Positions 56,011 through 64,000 of a stretch of 64,000 nucleotides of DNA are shown in pieces. How positions within the stretch are numbered: the stretch's first letter is position 1; each line of letters starts with the position of its first letter. The position numbers and the translations under genes are program-made. The notes below the pieces were generated by a model. That model was not told the DNA's origin. It saw nothing but the letters and a program-made list of their open reading frames with translations, and searched no databases. The stretch spans positions 288,001 through 352,000 of the forward strand of contig CBDBMG010000002.1 in the NCBI GenBank assembly GCA_965207375.1, in the 5' to 3' direction. The DNA is from Nitrosopumilaceae archaeon (GTDB lineage: Archaea; Thermoproteota; Nitrososphaeria; Nitrososphaerales; Nitrosopumilaceae).

Positions 56011-57324
56011 TATCTATAATTATATAACCTAAATATTTTCATAAAGACTCACCCGCAATATCAAACAGTAGCTATATCGCGCAATCAGTTTTCAAATTTA
56101 ACTTGCGTAAACAATTACGTGTTGTCATAACTACTGGCACGTGATGTTCAGGGAAATGTTTGAGAAAATATTCGTTCAGTTTGTTATCATGATTTTATTT
56201 ATACCCTGAATAGGTAGGCAGCTATTCGGCAAGGTCAGTTACTAGCTACCTATATAACATAATAGCCGTTTACGTATATAGAAACTCGTACGCTCTGGGA
56301 GGTGATTTCTGGCTAGAAATCAGAAATCAAACATTAGAATTTAGTATTACTTCGTATTATTCCGTAAACTGTCATATTTTGAAATATTTAAGGCAATTCC
56401 CACGCAATTAATTGATTTCTGGGACTTGGAAATCACAGAAATCAAGTTTGAAATCAGAAATCAGTTGGAAATCAAGTTGATTTCGAAATCTCGTACACGA
56501 TTTGAGCTAGTGTCGGACCCCTCGGTAATAACCAGTAGTGTGATGCTGTAAGCCTGTAACATTACTAAAGAAATCTAAGCCGGGAGCTATTGCCTGGGGG
56601 ATCGTTAACCTCCTTCTAAACTTTATATTACTCAGTTCTTATAGTTAATTTCAGTCCTGGCTATAAGCTTAAAGTAGCACTGAACATATATAGCCTATAT
56701 AGTTGAAAATTTCAATACGCTATCTGGAAACAGCAGTAAACTTTGCTATGCGTGGCCACGAACTATCAACTATGCACGTATACCAATGTTTTATATAGCT
56801 GTTTGGCTAAATTGATTGATAATAAAAAGATGGAAGGGCCAAAAAGTCGATTTTGATGGAATTTTGAATAAAATCGAGTTCGCCCAGATGGCAAACAAAT
56901 TGCGAATTTAATAATTCTGCATATGATAAAAGCTTAACCCTTACTAGTCATGTCTGAGCTAGTAAGGTTTTGCTGCCTTCATTTGTTTGTGCTCCAGAGG
57001 TGAAAAGGTTAAAATAAATTCCGAAATTTCGATTAAATCATGCAATCGCTGAAATTTAACCAATGTATTGTTACTACAAATGGCTTTAGATCAGAGTAAA
57101 CTTACTAATAAAGGTTGAGAATAAATAGCACGGTATCCAGGATGCTTTCAGAAAAGTTACAGCGTTTTATCACGTGATTTGCATATACAACGGCATAGTT
57201 CAGGTATAAGAAATTAATGGAAATTGGCGCCAATCCAGTGTTTTCTATTTGGCACCAAGCTTGATATGTGGAGAAGGTTTGCTAGTTAATTCTCGAAAGT
57301 CGATTTTTCACATTGCGGACCCTA

Positions 57325-57590
57325 TCTTATCCAGCTCCGCCCGAAGATAGCACTGAGTCAAAGGGGAGGCAGCATAGGAGGAGGCAAAAGGGTTAAACAC
57401 CTTAATATCAAAGTAAGCCTGCCGCCTATCCCGGCCCCAGAAACTCTCTGCACGAACATCCAGGCGAGCACCATCCTCGACGTTAGCTGATCGGTAATGA
57501 AACTGCTCCCCAGACAGTGGTTGTAAGGAAGGTTCAATGCCCACGTTGTGACAAACTTCACATAAAAAGCCAGCTGTAATGTCACGTAAT
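57325..57590 (-). mobile_element. Remainder of the minus-strand CRE-like arm
   Basis: ARLDVRAESFWGRDRRQAYFDIKVFNP; inverted copy of ~58155-58420. Confidence 0.9.
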
Positions 57591-58812
57591 GTCGACGATG
57601 CCGCCAGTTGTAATGTCGCTGGCTTGACTGGTCAGTGTACATTTAGTGATGCAGAACGAGATTTGTTGGCTCTTCCTCCCAGACTTGGTGGTTTGGGCAT
57701 TATCAATCCTGCTAGTTACTCTTCCTTTCAGTTTTCATCATCAGTTAGCATAACGGCACCGCTGCATGGTGGAACAAATTTTGCAGCAATCTACTACCTG
57801 TTCTGCTGATGTTTTGTCATCTCAGTTTGCTGCTAAACAACAGGTAATCAATAATCGTAGTCAATTCCTGTCGGATATATATGATTCATTGTTGAGTAGT
57901 CTGCCTTCAAAGCTTCAACGCTCCATTCTGCATGCTCTCCAGTGAGGAAGGCTCCTCGAGCTGGCTTACTGTTTTACCCTTAGCTGATCAAGGTTTTGCC
58001 CTACACAAGGGTGCATTTCACGATGCCCTTTGCCTTCGCTATGGTTGGCAGCCTCAATTGCTCGGCCATCTCATTGTACTTGTGGAAAGACTATGTCCAT
58101 TGAACATGCCCTGAGTTGTCCTTTTGGAGGTTTTCTCTCAATTCGACATAATGAATTACGTGACATTACAGCTGGCTTTTTATGTGAAGTTTGTCACAAC
58201 GTGGGCATTGAACCTTCCTTACAACCACTGTCTGGGGAGCAGTTTCATTACCGATCAGCTAACGTCGAGGATGGTGCTCGCCTGGATGTTCGTGCAGAGA
58301 GTTTCTGGGGCCGGGATAGGCGGCAGGCTTACTTTGATATTAAGGTGGTTAACCCTTTTGCCTCCTCCTATGCTGCCTCCCCTTTGACTCAGTGCTATCG
58401 TCGGGCGGAGCTGGATAAGAGAAGGAAATATGATTAACGGATTCGGGAGGTTGAGAGAGGAACCTTTTCTCCATTGATTTTTTCCTCATCAGGTGGAATG
58501 GGCCCTACAGCCAGGGTTGTTTATAAACGCATTGCTACTTTGATTTCGGAGAAGAGGGGTCATCCTTACAGTCAGGTGCTACATTGGATTAGAATCAAGC
58601 TGTGCTTTTCTTTGCTTCGTTCAGCAGTGATGTGTTTGAGGGGGTCAAGATCAAGCCATCACAGGCACAATTTGAATGATCCGGCAATTGATCTGGCTTG
58701 TTCAGAAAGCCGTGTCGGACCAGAATGACTGTTTTCTGGCTATATTATATTTGGATGTAATTGTCATCATACTGTAGTGTTTTGTTACACAAAATATTTT
58801 ATTTAAAAAAAA
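57591..58812 (+). mobile_element. 5'-truncated CRE-like retrotransposon (zinc knuckle plus RLE), A-rich tail
   Basis: LPPRLGGLGI, SSSWLTVLP, CTCG..HALSC..RHNELRD, RLDVRAESFW. Confidence 0.9.
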
Positions 58813-58974
58813 CTTTAGATGCGCTACGCATTACGTACGCACTCGCGTAAACCTACTTGAAAGGACAGTGAGCGGATATGGTGTATAAACTATGCATGTA
58901 GCAATATTTTGTGGAGCTATTTGGCCTTTTTATTGGTAGTGATCCACAGTATCGAGATTAAGGAGCTGGATATC

Positions 58975-59452
58975 AGTGATTTTGGTGGAATTTTTGGTAG
59001 AATCGCGAATGCCCAGATGGCAAACAATCTTCAAATTTAATAATATTGCCTGTCGTAAAAGTTTAACTGTTACCAATCATGTTTGAGCTAGTAAGGTTTT
59101 GCTATATTCAATACTTTGTGATCCAGAGGTAAAAATGTAAAAAAGTTTCCAATTTTTCGTCGGGATTGTGCGATCGCTGGAAATTAACCATCACAATGTT
59201 ACCACAAATGGCTTGAAAGCAGGGTAAACTTACTAATGAAGGTTGAGAGCAAGTATCGCGACAATTGCAACAGTTTTGGAAAATTCGCTACGCTTTATCA
59301 CTCGATTTGCAGATATTTCGGCAAGTTTCCACTACAAGGAGTTAATAGAAATTGGCGCCAATCTGGCTTTTTCTATTTGGCACCTAGCCTAACATTGGGA
59401 GGATGTTTGCTAGTTAATCCTTGAAGGTCGATTTTTCACATTGCGGACCCTA
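58975..59452. mobile_element. Solo terminal fragment of the same DNA transposon family
   Basis: Close inverted copy of 42873-43350, ending cattgcggacccta. Confidence 0.9.
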
Positions 59453-59454
59453 GC

Positions 59455-62400
59455 TAAATAGCACTATATTTGATAATGAGATTTTACCCACAGGCTTCAC
59501 AATCTACTGTAAGGATCGGCCCACTAAAGGAGGAGGAGTGCTATTAGCTATAAGACAACACATTCCTAGTCTGCTACTATCTAGTCCAGATGATCTAGAG
59601 CTCCTTTTAGTTCAAATCAGCTCTAACACGCCCTTTAGACTCTGTCTAATCTATAATCCTCCCAACTCGATCAGATAATAACTATAATCAGAATTTGATT
59701 ACATTTCTACAAAATATTGCTGCTGATACATCTCCGCTTATAATAATGGGTGACTTTAACTCACCTAATGTTGATTGGTCTACCTTGTCTGGTAACACAT
59801 ATTTTTCTAATCAATTATGTGACCTTATGTTTCAGTTTAACTTAATCCAGATTGTGGACAGCCCAACTCATGTTTGTGGTAACATGCTTGACCTGGTCAT
59901 TACTAATTCCTATAATTTTATCAGCTCACTTACTGTGCATTCACATTGTGATAGTCCCATCACATCTGACCACTATTTGATCTCTTTCAAAGTGTCACAA
60001 TGTTTTGTTAAGCACAAAAAACCTGTTGCAACTTTTATATATGACTTTTCTAAAGGAGACTACCATGGAATGCGTAGCTATCTTCTAACATGTGACCTTT
60101 CTGACTTCTACTCTACATCTGACGTAGAAGAAGCATGGCAAATTTTAAAGCAGCACATAAATTTCTCGATTGATACTTTTGTTCCTAAGGTCAAACTGCA
60201 TTCTACTCAACATCCAAAATGGTTTAATCCTCAAATCAGGTACCACATCAAATGTCTTCGTACCCTTCATAGAAAGACAAAGAAACACTTTACTGAATCA
60301 AACCTTAAACGACTAATTTATGCTGAAGACACTTTACTAAATTTAATATTTAAAGCCAAGTTAGACTATGAATCAGATCTTATTAATAGCTACATTCAGT
60401 CAACAAATCCAAACATATTTCGTTATATAAAAAACCTTACTAAATCTCATTCTTTACCAACAAGTTTACATATGGATTCAATTGTTTTTGAAGAGGATTT
60501 TGACAAGGCTAATGCCTTTAATGAATATTTTCATTCTGTTTTTACCCAAAGCTCTTTTACTCTGCCAGATATTAATAATTTACCATCCGTTTCTGATTCG
60601 TTATTGGACATTACCTTTATGTTGGAAGAAGTCTATCAGGCTTTAATCTCTTTGCAGCCTAACAAATAGGCCTGAGCCAATTATGCTTTTAGAATTACCT
60701 ATTATGCTTTTGAGCATAATTCCCAAAACAAGCCTATTATACTTAAAATTATGCTCGGGAATTCTCAGTGATAATGTGAAATTTAATAGGCTAAATTACT
60801 ATTTTATATGAAGAAGATTCAGTGTTGGATTTTTTGGATTCATTATATCATCAGATATACATTTCCATTATGACTCCTACAATGTATTTTGTTGAATTCA
60901 TCACTTTTAATCATTGTATTCATCACATACCTAATTTGATAAAAAATACTGTAGATTCACTCAAAATTTCAGTAGTCACTTTCAAAATTCATGCCTTTGT
61001 GGCATGCCTTGCACAAAAAGTTTACCTATTATGCTGGGATTATGCTCGATGCTTTTACCATCCTATTATGCACCAAATTATGCTGGCATAATTGGCTCAG
61101 GCCTACTAACAAAGCATCCGGTCCTGACAACATAGGTCCAAGAATTTTAAAAAACTGTGCTGCTCCTTTAACCACGCCTGTACATCATCTTTTCATGTTG
61201 TCTCTGAATAGTCATTCTATTCCTGGAGACTGGAAACAGCACACTATTATACCAGTCTATAAGTCAGGGGATAAGCTAGAGTACTCTGAAGAACTATAGA
61301 CCTATCTCCCTTTTATGTTCCATTTCTAAACTGCTAGAGAGAGTCTCATATATAATAAGATCATTGAATTTATGCGCAAGTCCATCTCATGCCACCAATT
61401 TGGCTTTCAGAAACACAAGTCTACTTTACAGCAATTATTACTATACTTTAATGATTTATGTATCTCTAAAAGTCCCATTGACACAATATATTTAGACTTT
61501 ACCAAAGCATTCGATAGTGCATGTCTCCCATAACGAACTTCTTTTGAAGCTCTGGTCCATAGGGATCAATGGGAACTTATGGCAATGGTTCACCTGTTAT
61601 TTAAACAATCGTATCCAGTGTGTTTCTGTCAATAACTGTTTATCAACCCCTTTGCCTGTTATCTCCGGGGTCCCTCAAGGTAGTATCCTGGGACCCCTGT
61701 TGTTTCTAATGTATATCAATGATCTACCCTCAGCAGTTACATTTTCTAAACTTCTATTATTTGCAGATGATGCTAAATGTTATAAAGCTATTCATAATTT
61801 ACCCGATATTCATTCCCTTCAACTTGACCTGGACTCCCTTACCAATTGGAATCACACTAACCATTTATTCTTCAAGGTTTCCAAATGTAATTCAATAAGA
61901 TTTAAACCAAACTCTGGAGCACTCGATGAAGATCCATATCGTATTGATAATTGTGAGGTTTCCAAAAAAGTTTCTCATCGTGATCTTGGGATCATTTTCT
62001 CAGCAAACATGTCATGGTCATGTCATTATGAGCACATTGTCAGCAAAGCTTACAGGGGTCTTGGTCTACCACGGCGTTCCTTTAAATGTTCAAATTCAAT
62101 CACAACCAAAAAAGCTTTATATTTATATATTGTTAGATCATGTTTATTGTACTGTTCCCCTCTATGGAGGCCTCACCAGGTTCAACATGTTATGCTTTTG
62201 GAGAGAGTACAGCGCCGAGCTAGTAAATTTATTCTTAATGATTATTCAATAGACTATAAATCCCGCTTAATTAAATTAAATCTTCTTCCCCTAATGTATA
62301 TCTATGAGCTAACAGATATTTTATTTTTTATCAAATCAATTAAAACCTTTAATAATAGTTTTGATATTACAGAGTTTATTTCTTTTTCATCTTCAAATAC

Positions 62401-62853
62401 CAGATCACTCGGTACAAAGCTTTGCCACAGGGTTTCCATCAACAACATTACCCTCAATTCATATTTTTTTAGATTACCTAGACTTGGAACTCTTTTCCCA
62501 TCATTGACATTTCCCTCCCATATGATACAATCAAAAGGAAATTAATTTCATTTTTATGGAACCATTTTTTATCTAACTTTGACTCTAACAATAATTGTAC
62601 ACTTCACTTTTTATGTCCTTGTTGTAGATGTGCTAAACTTCCCCACATTTCAAATTATACTAAATTGTAATTGGTTACTAACCACTTATTGCTTGTAATT
62701 TACATATTTAGCTAAGTAGCTATAGGTGGGCAGCTGGATTATTTCCAGTCTGCCTTCGATACACTCATAATTTATTGTATAATTTACTATTTTTTCACTG
62801 CTTCATCATATGTGTATTGTAAAGCAATAAATAATAATAATAATAATAATAAT
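59455..62853 (+). mobile_element. CR1/L2-group LINE ORF2 (APE plus RT), disrupted, with (AAT)n tail
   Basis: DRPTKGGGVLL, IMGDFN, SDH, GPDNI, GVPQGSILGPLLFLMYIND, FADD; frameshifts and a MITE insertion. Confidence 0.92.
60667..61105. mobile_element. hAT MITE inserted in the LINE
   Basis: TIR taggcctgagccaattatgc; 8-bp TSD ctaacaaa. Confidence 0.95.
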
Positions 62854-62968
62854 GTCTTTTATCGTACCCTATATATACGTAGATAGCTATTAGCTAAAAC
62901 CGAACCAGCTGAACTATAGCTATAACCATCATACAATTAGCTGGCTACGTATACCTTTGCTTTCAGTT

Positions 62969-63054
62969 CACTGTAAAATCTGAAGTATAAAATTTGTACA
63001 ACCATGCATCATTGGTTGAAATTTTGTATGAATTTCATACTTCAGATTTTACAT
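62969..63054. mobile_element. Tiny palindromic MITE remnant
   Basis: tgtaaaatctgaagtat / atacttcagattttaca. Confidence 0.5.
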
Positions 63055-64000
63055 GATATAGCTATAGCATATGTATACATTGTGCCGGCTAACTAGCTAT
63101 GCATGCTATAGCTAACTAGCTAATATCTATATACCGGCTATTCTATGCATGCACCTTCTGAAATAATCTTTCAGTTAACAGCTAGCTAGCTAATGATAAA
63201 TTTTGATTGTACATTGTGGAGTGCTTCCATGTATCAATATCGGTTCTTGTATAGCTACTTGTGAATGCATTTAATAGCATTACTTGGTACTTGAAGTATC
63301 AGTAAAATTTGAAATCGGTGTAGCACTATGCATGCCACCACAAATAATAATGGAGAAGTGATCTGGCCATGCGCATTAATCTGAAGCTGTATATAGTGCA
63401 ATATTGTGATACTAACAACAGAATTAGTACTTGTATAACATATATTTTACTGATTTCGAATTCGATACCATCAAAAAATGCTGGTAGCTATTGGTCGATA
63501 CCGACCGATACAGATACCAGAATTGGTGCAGCCCTATAGGCATGCATGGAGCTACAGCTATATATGGAAAAGCATGCATGCAGTCTGGCCACCCAGCAGA
63601 CTAGCTAAGTGCTAATATGTGTTTGGAGTGTCGACTTATAGCCAGCTATTCTGTAGTTAAATGCAAAAAGAATGGTGTTTAGCTAGCTATAAACTTGTAT
63701 AGCTACCTAGCCATACTAGCTATATATAGCATTGTCACCATATTTATTCTGTGCATGTAGAAATAGCTCTTTCTAACCATGGCCACACCTATGAATACTA
63801 AACTATGTTGCTATAGGCAACATATCAACATATGCACGAAATTATTTGAATCGGAATCTGTATATAGCCCGCTGCTATATTTCCTAATATGGGGTTCTAT
63901 AATTTGGCTTGATTTGACAAAAGTGGTTAGTACTGAGAAGCCTCTACACATTCCCTTCGTTTTACGCCGTATCAAGAATTCACGATCGACCCGAAAACTT

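Noticed and set aside
54859-56019. Two pairs of duplicated small ORFs
   Set aside because: Mirror images within the palindrome; no recognisable motifs

Overview
AT-rich eukaryotic (metazoan) DNA made almost entirely of nested mobile elements. A sponge or cnidarian origin is inferred from composition and TE families only. Main items: (1) a recently pseudogenised Helentron/Helitron2 RepHel reading frame (23268-31220), with N-terminal 15-aa basic repeats and, unusually, two tandem USP (peptidase C19) deubiquitinase domains fused after the Pif1 helicase. A divergent multi-exon passenger gene and an inverted pair of GC-rich hairpin/microsatellite repeats (17758 and 31596) surround it. (2) A 14.45-kb DNA transposon (42873-57324) with long TIRs and a 7-bp TSD, encoding a divergent hAT-like DDE transposase with a C-terminal Spindlin-type Tudor-like domain. 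It is inserted in a head-to-head duplicated CRE-like retrotransposon. (3) Remnants of Mutator-like/YqaJ, hAT, DIRS-type tyrosine recombinase, CR1/L2 and CRE-like elements. (4) One BTB-pentapeptide (KCTD-like) exon that runs into a hierarchical hairpin minisatellite. (5) Many MITEs, long palindromes and mini/microsatellites. All family calls come from motifs read by eye; no searches were run.
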